Source: Histomonas meleagridis 2922-C6/04-290x
Lineage: Eukaryota; Protista; Parabasalia
DNA: 64,000 nt
Reading direction: 5' to 3'
Assembly (NCBI GenBank): GCA_020184695.1
Contig: JAANOX010000063.1
Location: 1 to 64,000, forward strand
Shown here one piece after another: positions 20,120-32,348 of the stretch. The translations under genes and the position numbers were made by a program. A model generated the notes under the pieces. It worked only from the letters and a program-made list of their open reading frames with translations. It was not told where the DNA came from and ran no database searches. Within the stretch, counting starts at the first letter, position 1; every line of letters starts with the position of its first letter.

Positions 20120-22944
20120 TTGTGAGAATAATTAGTCGGAACCACTCTAGTTATTAATTAAACAATTTCAGCATCTCCAAAACAAGAACCAATAAAAAAA
20201 GCTGTATCATATATTTGAAATAATTTCCATTTGATATTATAAAATTAAAAATTGTTGAAGTAAACATTAACCAAAATAAATAAATAAATATATTTAGCAT
20301 TAACATAAATTCATTTTTGTTTAACAGATATTTTAATAATTTTTGTGTGACATTTTTCAGTTGCATACATAAGTGCTGTTTCAAATATTATACATAATTT
20401 ACAAATTATATATTAAAAATTAAAATACTTAGAAAAAATATTAAATAAAACGAATAAATATCTTTGTTATTAACATCTATACCTTTTTGATCAAGAAGTA
20501 ATTTAATTATTTATATATAATAATTATTTGTTACATAAATAAGTGTAGTTCTAAATAATTTAAATAATTTCCAAATATTATTTTGAAATATGAAATTATT
20601 AAATTAAATTATATCTTTGGTATTAATACAGATTTTAATCTAAATGGGTTAAATAGTTTTCATGAAAAAGTGGTGGAAACTCAAAATAAAACAAAAATAT
20701 CTTCATTAATAAGCAATATTTTTTAAAAGTTATAGATATATTTACAATGCAAATAGATATATAATTTTATATTAAAATATTATCTTTAAAATTAGAAAAA
20801 TTGTTTATTTATGAATCAAAACTCTCTACTTCTTGCTCCAGGGAAATTATAGGGATGTGTAGAAGTATCAAAAATAAAACCTGCATTCAAAAATGCAGAT
20901 CTATTGTTAGAAGAGATTGTAGCAATCTCGAACGTTTTTAAATATTTATATATATTGTGTGCTTGCGAATTTTTTGGGAATGGTGAAGTGATACTTGGTT
21001 TAATATGCTTTAAAACGCCAAAAGTGACTAAATCAAGCATTTGAAAAATATGGGAGGCATGTGGCGGGAACGTGATCATTTTAATTTTGTTCAGACCCAA
21101 TATTGTTTTCACCTTATCTGATAGATGCGAACTACATTTATCAAGAAATAAAATTGCCTCTTCATTCTGTAAATTGAAGGAATTTCTTGTGTCATTCACA
21201 AAAGTGACAAAAAATGTTCAATCCATTCCTCAAAGATTAACGAATTAATATACCCAGATTCTGAATACCTCAGAATAACGTCGGTTCCTTCCCTTAAACC
21301 TTTTGCATATAATTCATTGACTACTGTTTTCCTTGAATGGATCAAAACAGGTGTTAATACATCACCTGCAGCTGAAATGCATCCTAACATTGTTTGTAAT
21401 TTTGTAGATCTTTTAACTTTGTGAGTAATACGTACGGCTTCACCATGACATGGCACAATGACATTTTGGGTTTTTTTGTTTATCCATTCAGATGAACCCA
21501 TTTCATCAACATTAAATACTAATTCGGCGAATTTTCCATTCACTTCATTTTTTAAGATGTATAGATAATAATAACATTGTTCTTTTGTTATTAATAAACG
21601 CTTATCTTCTTGGGGGTATGAAACAGCCCTCTGAATTCGATTAGAATGTCGCTTTATAAATTTTTTAAGCCACCCATTCGTTAATTCTATTTTGAGTTGT
21701 TTCGAACAAAAATCTAGAATTTCTTTTGGAGAGAGAGGCATGTGGTCATTGCACTTATCACAAATATGCTGAATTACTGTTTCTTCTTGTTCATCAGTTA
21801 ATTTTTTCTTATTACCTATTGGATTTCTTTGTTTACTAAATTTCTTTTGTGCTTTTGTAATAATCTGTTATATTTACAAATGTCACCTAGCTTTATACAT
21901 GTCACAGGCCTAAGATCATCTAGCTCGATTGTCATTTTCAAATATCCAATTTGCTGGTAACGCATTTTATAATTGAATCCTGCGAGTACTCTGATAATAT
22001 GTCTTGAAGTTCTTGGAGAATAAAATTTGAGTAATCCTTTCATTAAATCTCCAGTGGGAATTGGTTTTGATAACTCTTTTATGGTTTTAGATGAGTTTGA
22101 TTTCATTAAAAAATGGTGGGGAAAAAACGGTTAAACCCATTTGGATTGGATAACCCCATTTAGATTGGAATCTGTATCAATTTCTTTTTCTTCTAAAATA
22201 TATTTTATAAGTTCAATATTTTTTGATTCTACAGAACATATTAAAACATTTTCTGGAATTTGACTATTTTTGAGTAAATACTTAACAAAATATATGTTAC
22301 CAGTTTTTATTGTTTCATAAATAATGCTATTATTGATTTTCATTCCTTTTTCAATCAAAAATGAAAAAATTTCAAAATTTCTAAATAGCAATACATTTCT
22401 CTCCGAAAAATTCAAAATTAAGAATTTTAATAATGTTGCTTTCATAAAAATATTTAAAAATATCATTTTGATGAAACATAATAGCTGTTGTAAAAGCATC
22501 TTCAAATGATGAATTATTTTGTTCACATAAATGTATAATTTCTTCATTTCCACCTGCAACTGCATATTTACCTGAGTTATTTATTTTAGCTCCATTCACA
22601 AGTAAATATCTAAAACATTTAACAGATCCAAAAAATGCTGCATAATCAATTAATGTAACACCTTTTTTTACTTAAATTAATAAATCATTTATATATTCAC
22701 TATTAATAAGTGAAAATCTTTCATATATGGATTTAGGTATAATCTGATTAAAATCGAAATTTGTTTGTGATGATATTTCTTGAAGTTTTTCTATTTCATC
22801 ATTTCGAATTATTTTTGCTATTTCATTCGGATTGGTTCCTTCTCTAATTAACTTCTTATGAAGTTCCCAATCATTCTTTGAAAGTTCTTTGTAATTTTTT
22901 AATGAAGTATTTTTATATTCCGAAAAAAGTATGGTCGAAATCAC
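20120..22944 (-). pseudogene. Ankyrin/DUF3447-family gene with module/spacer array 3, interrupted by a pogo element; left end approximate
   Basis: N-terminal fragments 22672-22944, 22381-22599 and 22131-22565 are paralogous to the 8545 gene; removing 20629-22174 plus one TA restores EIDINTKD; spacers 20550-20612 (63 nt), 20380-20459 (80 nt) and 20206-20289 (84 nt). Confidence 0.8.
20629..22174 (-). mobile_element. pogo/Tigger-like (DDE_1) DNA transposon, 1546 bp, frameshifted and 3'-deleted
   Basis: TIRs CAGATTTTAATCTAAATGGG and CAGATTCCAATCTAAATGGG (18/20), TA at 20627-28 and 22175-76; motifs LTNGWLKKFIKRH, FNVDEMG, LFLDKCSSH and FPPHASHIFQMLDLVTFG. Confidence 0.92.
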
Positions 22945-23107
22945 ATTTAGAAAGATTGAACAAATGAAATTTCATAACGATAATGTTTTTGTAATCTTCT
23001 ACATATGGCATCCTTAACCTAAATAACATAGCAAGATTTGAACCTTCATAATCCTGACCCCCCCTATCGATATTTGAAACCGTTTAAATTCCAAACCAAC
23101 AAAGGAA

Positions 23108-25111
23108 ATGAATCTTGAAAGTCAAAAACAACAATTAATCTCACGAATGAATTCATACAAGCAACAAGAAGAAGCACTTCAATCTTTTATTGCTTCAAAT
23201 GAGCATCAGCAAACAGAATCAATCAACACATTCAAAAAAGAATTAAACTCTGCATTATCTTCTTTGTTAGAAATTCCGAGGATATTCTCAAGTTCATCCA
23301 AGCAAATAAATTCTGTTTTTATATTAGCAAGTGATCTTTCAGATAGAATAGAAGAAGTGGATACTGCAATTTCTAGGTGTACTCAGACCGCATCATATGT
23401 TAAAAATTTAGCAGATCTAACTGAGTGTCTTGGAACAATTGACAATTATATTTCCAAAAAAGACATTATTCAATGTTGTGATCACATTCACCGCTTACTT
23501 CAAATCCCGCATCACCTACTATCTCCAACAGATTCTGCTAAAATTGATTCAGCTCGAAAAGCTACTCTACTTATTCTCAATGAAAAACTTGAAGAAAATC
23601 CAACGGAGATCTTTCAATATTACAACAAATGCGGTGCACAAGTTGAAGGTATCAATCAACTTGCCGATTTACAACACAAACAGATTCTTGAAGAAACACG
23701 AGACATTCGCATCAATCTCATCCAATCCATCAAGCCAACGTCGAACAACGATGAAAACAGGGCACCCCACGTTGAGGTGTACGTTAAATTTCTTGATTGC
23801 ATATCGTCTCATATTCTTACCTCGATACCAATTTTATCTGATCCTGGACAATTTGCTGTTTTCATACGACTTCTTTTAGATCGCTGTGATGATAAAATTG
23901 AAGAAATTATTTCTAATTATTCTGATTATCGTAATCTTCATGATTTAGAAATGAAATGTTCCGAATCTAAAGAAATCAAACCAGCAATATTAGATTTAGT
24001 TAATGATGAAATTTCCATTTTTGCACATCAATTTGCTCTTTTTGATAATTTCATTAAGACCAAAATCAAATTTGGTATTAAAACAGATTTTTTCAAAAAT
24101 TATAAATTCAAATTTTCAACATCAAATTCAGGTACACCACAACATACTAAATTTACACGATCGATTCAATTTCTACTTGTTCAATATGCATTATTCACGC
24201 AATATTATTTACGAAGTGTCACCAAAGAACTTTTAGCAATTATTCAATCAATGTCTAATACAGAATCTGTTGTTAATGCTATTGATGATTTATTTTTCAT
24301 TCTACATCGTACACTTAATCGTTCTGTTATTACAGACTCTGCTTCGACTACATGTACCATTTTTAATGTTATCTCATTAGCTATTCGTGATCAATTAATG
24401 CCAATTATTAAAACAACTACATCTAAACTTGGCGGTAATCAAAGTCGTAATTGTATATTAATGAACACAATGGATGGAGTTAAAATGTATATATCGAAAT
24501 TATCTTCTATGATTGAGACGACTGTATCTAAACATTTCACTGATGATGATCTTGCTGCAATTTCATCGGGCTTAAATGACCTTAAAAATTGCGGAAAACA
24601 ACTCGAAGCTGATCTTGAAATACAATTTGACGCTTTAATAAGAAATTTACGTCCACAAACAGAAAAACTTTGCGACGTATTTCTTAGAGCTCAAATGGCA
24701 AACGACGTTTCCGTTGAAATGGAAATACAATTGCAAGAAGATTTTAAGGCCGGATTCGGGAAAATATTTAATGGATATAAGGATTTGTTGAACAAAAGTA
24801 ATTATGAATTACTGTTGAAGTCTTTAGCGCCTTATTTTACAAAAAGATTGGAAACAGTAATAATGTCGAAGAAATTCGATGCAAATGGCGCTGTTTTAAT
24901 GAGAAGAATCGTGAATTGGTTGGAAACATTCTTCTTCTGCCCATCAGCATTCGAAAGAGTTATTGATATTACAAAAGTGTTAACAATGCAATCACCGGAT
25001 GAATTAAACTTCAAAAATAACGAAAAAAATAAGCTGTCTATTGAACAAAGTATAATTATACGCATTACAAGATTAAGAGTGGACTGGCAGTCAACTGACA
25101 ACAAAATGTAA
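23108..25111 (+). CDS. COG4: Conserved oligomeric Golgi complex subunit 4-like
   Basis: N-terminal coiled coil with RIEEVDTAISRC..DL..C..CCDHIHRLL and C-terminal KKFDANGAVLMRRIVNWL, resembling COG4 by eye. Confidence 0.7.
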   Translation: MNLESQKQQLISRMNSYKQQEEALQSFIASNEHQQTESINTFKKELNSALSSLLEIPRIFSSSSKQINSVFILASDLSDRIEEVDTAISRCTQTASYVKNLADLTECLGTIDNYISKKDIIQCCDHIHRLLQIPHHLLSPTDSAKIDSARKATLLILNEKLEENPTEIFQYYNKCGAQVEGINQLADLQHKQILEETRDIRINLIQSIKPTSNNDENRAPHVEVYVKFLDCISSHILTSIPILSDPGQFAVFIRLLLDRCDDKIEEIISNYSDYRNLHDLEMKCSESKEIKPAILDLVNDEISIFAHQFALFDNFIKTKIKFGIKTDFFKNYKFKFSTSNSGTPQHTKFTRSIQFLLVQYALFTQYYLRSVTKELLAIIQSMSNTESVVNAIDDLFFILHRTLNRSVITDSASTTCTIFNVISLAIRDQLMPIIKTTTSKLGGNQSRNCILMNTMDGVKMYISKLSSMIETTVSKHFTDDDLAAISSGLNDLKNCGKQLEADLEIQFDALIRNLRPQTEKLCDVFLRAQMANDVSVEMEIQLQEDFKAGFGKIFNGYKDLLNKSNYELLLKSLAPYFTKRLETVIMSKKFDANGAVLMRRIVNWLETFFFCPSAFERVIDITKVLTMQSPDELNFKNNEKNKLSIEQSIIIRITRLRVDWQSTDNKM

Positions 25112-25291
25112 TAAATTATTTCTATCGAAATTGTTTATAAAATTGTGAAAATTATAATCCATTGAACATAAAAAGTCGATGCTATCGGTACTAAGTTGAA
25201 ATTTCAAATTTCTCATGTTTTAGATCGAAAATGAAACGAATTTAAGCTTTCACTGTAAAGTAAAAGAATATTGAGGGCTAAAATTAATTTT

Positions 25292-25942
25292 TTAGTGCTT
25301 CAAACCTCTTTGTTCGAGTAATGCCTTATAAGCTTCAGCCTTCTTGGCGGCTGCTTCCCTGCGTGCCTTCTTTTCCTTCAAAAACTTGGCCTTGCGAGCA
25401 AGACGACGTGGTGTAATAAGGCGTTGGATCTTTGGTTGTGTGAATTTACCTGGCTTAACTTCACGACGAAGAACAAGTTTGGTAACATCAGCCTTCTTAT
25501 CAGCGCCGAAGATGGCCCTAATCCTTGTTGCACGCTTTGGACCATAACGACGAGGAACTACTTTATCTGTAAGTCCTTCAATTTCAGCATCACCCTTCTT
25601 AAGAACAATGAGGTGAAGAGCGGAAATTTCGGAAGAAATGACACAGCCACGAACTGTCTTCCTTTTACGTTCACCATCTTTACGTGGACGATAGCATGAT
25701 GTACCAGCGCGAAGAAGAAGACGAACACGACGTGGGGTAAGAACACCTTGTTTCATTGGGAAACCTTGTTTATCAAAGCCACCTCCAAGACGGAAAAGAT
25801 AACCAGCAAATTGTTGGCCAAGAATGGAACCATCAATATCTTGTCCAAGACGGTGATCGTAAAGACTGTTGAGGGCAACTGGATCTTCTACATCAATGCA
25901 AATTTGTGTGCCATGATCAGGATAAGCGAGGGTAAGCCTCAT
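25292..25942 (-). CDS. RPS6: 40S ribosomal protein S6 (eS6)
   Basis: GGFDKQGFPMKQGVLTPRRVRLLL, CYRPRKDGERKRKTVRGC and VPRRYGPKRA; codon bias typical of a highly expressed gene. Confidence 0.97.
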   Translation of the reverse strand: MRLTLAYPDHGTQICIDVEDPVALNSLYDHRLGQDIDGSILGQQFAGYLFRLGGGFDKQGFPMKQGVLTPRRVRLLLRAGTSCYRPRKDGERKRKTVRGCVISSEISALHLIVLKKGDAEIEGLTDKVVPRRYGPKRATRIRAIFGADKKADVTKLVLRREVKPGKFTQPKIQRLITPRRLARKAKFLKEKKARREAAAKKAEAYKALLEQRGLKH

Positions 25943-26009
25943 TTGAGCAAAGGCCAGACCAAAACCGTTGATGACCGTTAGTATTATTTCACCTCACAAT
26001 TCTACATAA

Positions 26010-26501
26010 ATGGGGAAAACAATTTTTGTTTGCGTTGGTTCAACACATTTTGATGCTTTAATCTCAAAAATTGATAGTAAAGAATTTCTTGAAATTAGTA
26101 AGTCTTTAGGTTATGATAAAATTATTGCACAAGTCGGTTGTTACGAAAAAGAAGTTAAATATCTTGACCAATATTTTTCATATGCAAGTCCAGAAGAATT
26201 TCATAAATATTTAGAAACATCAGATTTTATTATTGGACATGCAGGAGCAGGTACGATCTTAGAAGTTCTTCAACTTGATAAAGCACTTTTAGTTGTAATG
26301 AATGAAGAATTGATGGAAAATCATCAGCTTGAATTAGCGACAGAATGTCATCAAAAAGGATTATTACAAATAGCGAATGTTGAAAATTTTCTCGAAACTT
26401 TTCGAAAAGTTGGAAAAATTCAAGCACAAAAGATAGAATTTGATGGCACAGAATTTGTTTCAGCAATTAATGAACATTTCCATTTTAATATTGTAAAATA
26501 A
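26010..26501 (+). CDS. ALG13: UDP-GlcNAc transferase catalytic subunit ALG13 (copy 1)
   Basis: IFVCVGSTHFDAL, IIGHAGAGTILEVL and VVMNEELMENHQLELA (GT28 C-terminal motifs). Confidence 0.9.
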   Translation: MGKTIFVCVGSTHFDALISKIDSKEFLEISKSLGYDKIIAQVGCYEKEVKYLDQYFSYASPEEFHKYLETSDFIIGHAGAGTILEVLQLDKALLVVMNEELMENHQLELATECHQKGLLQIANVENFLETFRKVGKIQAQKIEFDGTEFVSAINEHFHFNIVK

Positions 26502-26532
26502 AAAATATATAAAGATTTATTTAAAAAAAAAT

Positions 26533-26793
26533 TTATTTTTCTTCTTCTTCTTCAACTTGATCAATTGCAAGAATATGAGGGAATCGAACAACTGCAGTCC
26601 CAAGTTTTCGAGGTTTGAAATTTTCTGTTTTAGTTAAAGGAATCGTTTCAAAACATTCTCCTATAACAAGATTCCCAAATTGATCATAACCATTAAGAAT
26701 ACCTCGAATTTCTCGTCCTCCTTGCATTTCAATAACTATCTTTTTTTATGAATATATTCATCAAGTGGCCAACAAAAGAAGAATTTTCTCCAT
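26533..26793 (-). pseudogene. LSm/Sm protein copy with two 5' homopolymer frameshifts (+1, +2)
   Basis: Near-identical to 37008-37265, but the extra bases create a TGA after codon 10; may be an assembly error. Confidence 0.7.
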
Positions 26794-26804
26794 TTGGCGT
26801 TTTC

Positions 26805-27001
26805 ATGTCACATGTCTGCTCCAAATTTATAATGAATTTGAATCAAAAAATGATTCTTTTTGGTGAATTACAAGGAATTTTAAATGAAGAAGCACAAACC
26901 AATGGATTAGAATTAAATTTAAATATAAATAATCAAATAAAAATAATTTCTTCATCAAATCATTCAATTCATATTGTTTTAGAAAATGGTTCTGTATATT
27001 C
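26805..27001 (+). pseudogene. 5' fragment of the RCC1-like gene fused to the BspA 3' flank
   Basis: Near-identical to the reverse complement of 36800-36996; homology ends at GGTTCTG(T/C)ATATTC. Confidence 0.9.
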
Positions 27002-27187
27002 GGAAAGGGAACTTAAGATTACAAATCTTTTACAAGATATATATTCTGATTATTATCTTTATTGAATAACTAAAAAATGTTATTTGTCAAACACATAAGA
27101 AGTTGATTTTGTTAAATTTAACCTTTAGTTATGTTTTAAAGAACTTTGGATTTTCTTTAATTTTTAAGAGCTATATTACTGTAAAAC

Positions 27188-28411
27188 TTATAAATTTTCC
27201 TGAAGAGTTGTAGTTTCTTTCTTTCGGGATTTAATAACGAAAATTGTTACTAAAACACCAATTAAAACAAGTAAAGCAGGGACAGTTACACCAACTACGA
27301 TTGCCGTGGTATTTGATTTGGATTTTGATTCTGCTGAACTAGATAGTATGTTTGATTGTGTATTTGAATTTGTTGTCGTAAATCTATTTGGTTTTGTAAA
27401 TGTATTGGATTGTGTAAATGTACTTGTTGGCCATGCACCGCAACCTTCAATTGTAGTTCCAATTGATAAATTAAAGTCACCAAATTTCGTCGAATTATAA
27501 GAACCGATAATCATTACAGTTTTTGCAGGACATCCATCAAATGCAGTTTCATTTACATTAGGTTCTTTGTTGCCATAAAAATAAATGCATGAAAGAGAAG
27601 AACAATTCCAAAATGCCCCAAATCCGATTGAAGATACCTTTTCTCCTAAAATAAGTCTTGATAAATTATAACAAAAAGCAAATGCTTCTTTGTCAATCAA
27701 AGTTACTGAATTTGGAATTTCAACGCTTTTAAGGGAACTACAATAAGCAAATGCATATTGGCCAATTTTAGATAACTTTTCTCCAAAAAGAATTTCTTTT
27801 AGTTTTATGCATTCATAAAATGCATGTGCTTGAATTGTGATTATTGAATTTGGTAATTTAATTTTTTCAAGTGAAGAACATTTATTAAAAGTAGATACAT
27901 TAATTGTAATTATACTTTCTCCTAAACTGACATTAACTAATTTGGTACATTCTGAAAATGCTTGTTTTTCTATTATAGAAACTGAATTTGATAATTTAAT
28001 TTTTTCAAGTGATGAACAATTAGCAAATGAATACATCTCAATTTTTTTGAGACTTTCTCCAAATGTAATTTCTTTTAATTTTATGCACCTTAAAAAAGCG
28101 CCGTAAGAAATTGTATTAATTTTTTCACCAAAAATAACATTTGATAAATTGAAACACTCGTAAAATGCTACGCGATTAATTATAGTTACTGAATTCCCGA
28201 TTTTAGCCGAAGTCAGATTCTCCCATCCTTTAAATGTTCCGTTTGGTATTGATGTAATTCCATCAGCAATTATTAAAATTGATGTTCTTTCTGCATATTG
28301 TCTTGCATTTTTAAAATCAGTTTCATTCTCTATTGTAAGTGTTTTTGTTGCATTATCGAATTTGATCTCTAAAGTTGGAACGATAAGAATAGAAAATAAA
28401 AGAGTAAACAT
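27188..28411 (-). CDS. BspA-like (TpLRR) type I surface protein, intact (copy A)
   Basis: Signal-like N-terminus, about 10 23-aa IxxxAFxxCxxLxxIxLP/FG repeats, Ser/Thr stalk, TM helix and short cytosolic tail. Confidence 0.92.
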   Translation of the reverse strand: MFTLLFSILIVPTLEIKFDNATKTLTIENETDFKNARQYAERTSILIIADGITSIPNGTFKGWENLTSAKIGNSVTIINRVAFYECFNLSNVIFGEKINTISYGAFLRCIKLKEITFGESLKKIEMYSFANCSSLEKIKLSNSVSIIEKQAFSECTKLVNVSLGESIITINVSTFNKCSSLEKIKLPNSIITIQAHAFYECIKLKEILFGEKLSKIGQYAFAYCSSLKSVEIPNSVTLIDKEAFAFCYNLSRLILGEKVSSIGFGAFWNCSSLSCIYFYGNKEPNVNETAFDGCPAKTVMIIGSYNSTKFGDFNLSIGTTIEGCGAWPTSTFTQSNTFTKPNRFTTTNSNTQSNILSSSAESKSKSNTTAIVVGVTVPALLVLIGVLVTIFVIKSRKKETTTLQENL

Positions 28412-28854
28412 TCGTATTGCTCTAATAAAAATGAAATGGAAATTTTAACACAAAAACCAGTTGATAAACAAAAAAAAACATAACAAATAAGTTATGAATG
28501 AGTTAATAAATGTTTGTTTGTCTGTCTTCGACTTATTTAATAAACGGAGGACACTATAGAGTATTTCCTGCTCTTGGTGATGTTCCTTCAGAAATTTTAT
28601 AATTTTTTTTCTAATATATACACTTAAAATATCAAAAAAATTTTTATTAAGTTTCTATTACATCGATGGAATATTAAAATGTATGTTCAGATCAAAATGT
28701 TTAAATTTTAAATCAAATTTATCTGATAACTTTTCTTGTAATCATTTTCTTTTTTTTCGAAACAATTTTCCAACAAACTTCAGATAAGGGTAAATCTAAT
28801 AATATAGTTTATATTACTCAAACGCATGAGAAATATTATTGAATACTTGTAATA

Positions 28855-29900
28855 TTATTGAATACTAGAATTCTTTTTTCTTCGGTACCTAATAACAAAA
28901 ATGACTACTAAAACAACAATCACAATTAATTGAGAAGAAACACCTAAACCAACTGCAATTGATGTGGTTTTTGCTGTCGATTTGGATGGTACTAAGTTAG
29001 ATATGATGTTTGATTGAGAAAATGCATTAGATGGTTTAATAGAACTTGTATGCGATTTAGAAATAGTGTTTATTTTTGTATATGTATTTGAGTGAGTATA
29101 TGTGTTTGATATAGTATATGTATGTGTGATAGAAAATGTATTTGAAATAAAAAATGTATTTGATTGTGTAAATGTATTTGTTGGCCATGGTTTGCAATCA
29201 TCAATTGTTGTCCCTTTCGATAAATTAAATTTATCAAATTTTGTTGAATTATATGAATCTAATGTCATTACATATTGAGCAGAACAATTATCAAATGTTG
29301 TTTTATCAATCTTAGGTTCTTTGTTACCATAATAATAAATACACATAAGGGAATGTCAATTACAAAATTCTTGATGTCCAATTGAATCTACATTAGAACC
29401 AATAATTAGCGCTGATAAATTAGTACAAAATCCAAATGCCAATCTATCAATTGAAGACTGAATTTGGAAGCCTAATATTTACAAGTGACATGCATCTAAA
29501 AAATGCATATGGATATATTTTAGTAAGTTTTTCTCCAAAAATAACTTCTGTCAAATAATAACATCTATAAAATGAATGGTTTTCAATCTGAGTAATCGTA
29601 TTTGATAATTTTATTCTTTTGCATGCATTCCATAAATGAACCTGAACTGATTTCAGTTAGCTTTTCTCCAAAAAGAACTGTGGCTAATTTATAACAATAA
29701 GAAAATGCATATTCTTCGATTATCAAAACTAAATCTGGGATTTTAAGAAATTTAAGTGATGAACAATTTGCAAATGAATGATGACCAATTGTAGTTATAT
29801 TATATCCCAAGATAACATCTAATAATTTATAACATCTTTCAAATGCACCATATGATATTGTGCTAACATTGTCACCGATGGTAACTTTAGATAAATTGGA
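28855..29900 (-). pseudogene. BspA-like gene G, N-terminally deleted and frameshifted
   Basis: TpLRR fragments at 29583-29945 and C-terminus 28855-29346 (YYGNKEP..CKPWPT stalk, TM). Confidence 0.8.
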
Positions 29901-30548
29901 ACAAAATAATAAAAAACTTAAAATTATAACACAAAAACCAGACACAAACTAAACCCAATATTTTACATAGATAATATATTTATTTGTCTTCACAATATAT
30001 GGTAATACAAAACCTTTATATTAAAAAAATTTATTAGGTAAAAGATTGTTAGTTATGTGTTCAATTCATGAATGCACATAAAAATAATAAAATTAATTTT
30101 ATTTTAATATTTCATGAGACCCTTCATGCATAAGATAAAAATTTTTTTTTAAAAAATAATAATAAATATGAATTAATAAGTAATCAAAATAAAATTGGGT
30201 AAGTCAATTAAAAAAATTTATAAAAATATAAAACTAATTTTTATTTTTTTAAAAATATTAATAGATAAAATTTTTTCTTAGGTGTTTCATAAGAACCTAT
30301 TTAGATATTTATAATAGAATGGTAAATAATTTATTTTAAATAATCAAAAGAAACGAATATTTTTTTTAATATTGAGAATGTTTTACTCAATTTTTATTAA
30401 AAACATTAACTATTTAAAGATAGGAATTATTTTCAAAAGAATATTATGATGATAATAGTAGGTAGGACATTAATTATTAGTAAAATTAGTCCATTTAAAT
30501 TTCATTACATCAAAATTCAAAAATATTTAAGCGTTAATTAGGTTTATT

Positions 30549-32055
30549 TTATGCTTTAAAATTACTTATATTTTGGAAGTTTTTGTATCTAATCACGAAA
30601 ATTGTGATTATGACAATGATTACAACTACCAAGCAAGCAGCACCTGCGCTAAGAGCAATTACTGCAGTTTTTGGAATTGACTTAGAGGAATTTGATTGAG
30701 AGAATGAATTAGTTGATGCAATAGAATTTTTGTCTGAGCTAGCAAGCCCATTTAAATTTAAAGCTGAAGGTAAATATGGTTGTGTAAATGTATTTGATGG
30801 CCATGGATTACATTCTTGAATTGTTGTCCCTTTCGATACATCAAAGTTACCAAATTTTGATGAATCATATGAATCTAATGTCATTACAGATTGAATAGGA
30901 CAATTATCAAATGCATTCTGGTCAATAATAGGTGCATTGTTACCATAGTAATAAACACATGTAAGAGAAGTACAATCACAAAATGCTTGCTGTCCGATTG
31001 AATCAACATTACAACCAAGAAGAAGCACTGATAATTTGGAACAATATCAGAATGCCATTGCTCCAATAGAAGTTACTGAATTTGGAATTTGGATTTTGAT
31101 AATAGAATCACAAAAAGCAAATGAACCTGAACCAAGTGAAGTAACTTCGTTTCCTAAAATAATGTTTGTAATTTGAGTACAATGAGAAAATGTATAATCT
31201 TTAATTGTTGTTAACGAGTTTGGCAATTGAATGCTTTGGATTGATGAACAATCTGAAAATGCATGATCGCCAATTGATGTTAAACTTTCTCCAAAGATAA
31301 CATCTGTTAATTTCTTACATTCAGAAAATGAATAAGATCCAATTTCAGAAAGTGAATTTGGGAATGGAAATCTTAAAAGTGATTCACAAGAAGAAAATGC
31401 ATGTTCCTTAATATTAACTAAGTTTTCTCCAACAGTAACATATGTTAATTTAGAACATTCAAAAAATGCATAGTCTTCAATCAAGGTTACTGAATTTGGT
31501 AATATGATATTTTCAAGTGATGAAGATTTTTCAAATGATTTTCTAGGGATTTTTTTTAAGATTTTCACCTAAGTTGATGTTTGTTAATTTTTTGCACTCA
31601 GAAAATGCTTTTTCTTCAATTGAAGAAACAGTTGCTGATAACTTAACAGTTTTAAGTGATGAACATTCAGCAAATGAATGATGACCAATTGTCGCAAGAT
31701 TATCACCAAAAATAGCTTCTGATAATTGATAACACCTATAAAATGCACCTCTCTCAATTGTGTTTACATTATTGCCAAAGGTAACATTGATTAAGTTGAA
31801 ACATTCTTTAAAAGCAGATTCTCCAATTGAAGTGACTGAATTTCCAATATTAACGCATGATATTTTCTCCCATCCTTCAAATGCTTTAGATGGTATTGAT
31901 GCAATTTCATCTTCAATTATTAAATGTAATGTTTCATCTTTAAATTCTGTTGAGGTTTGAAAATCTTCTTCAGTTTGTATTCTAAGATTTTTTGTACTAT
32001 TATCGAAAATTTCGAAAGTAGGAATAATAAGGTTACAAAGGAGTAGAGCAATCAT
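30549..32055 (-). pseudogene. BspA-like gene F, split into three frames
   Basis: ATG at 32055 (MIALLLCNLIIPTFEIFDNSTK); ORFs 31543-, 31047-31568 and 30549-31028 join through frameshifts near 31555 and 31040. Confidence 0.8.
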
Positions 32056-32348
32056 TCTGATTAGAATATTAATGAAATGGTAATGTGAAGACAAAAAACC
32101 AGACACAAAAATTAATGAATTGCACAATATTATAATCAATGAATAAATGTTTGTCTTCTTTCTATTAATAGCCACAAAAATCTTACGGTAGAAAAATTGA
32201 ATAACATAATGAATGCTCTAAAATTCATACTTTGATTAACTAAGGACAAACAAAAAATTTTTAATAAACAAAAATAAATTATTAAAATTGAAATCGATTC
32301 TCATAATTAATAACTTATTTAATTTGATCAATTCCATTTATTTTTATA

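Noticed and set aside
26748-27065. 105-aa and 99-aa RCC1-like ORFs (26748-27065, 46192-46491) overlapping LSm as novel chimeric genes
   Set aside because: The N-terminal extension is antisense LSm sequence and the C-terminus is read-through into the BspA 3' flank; treated as duplication fragments
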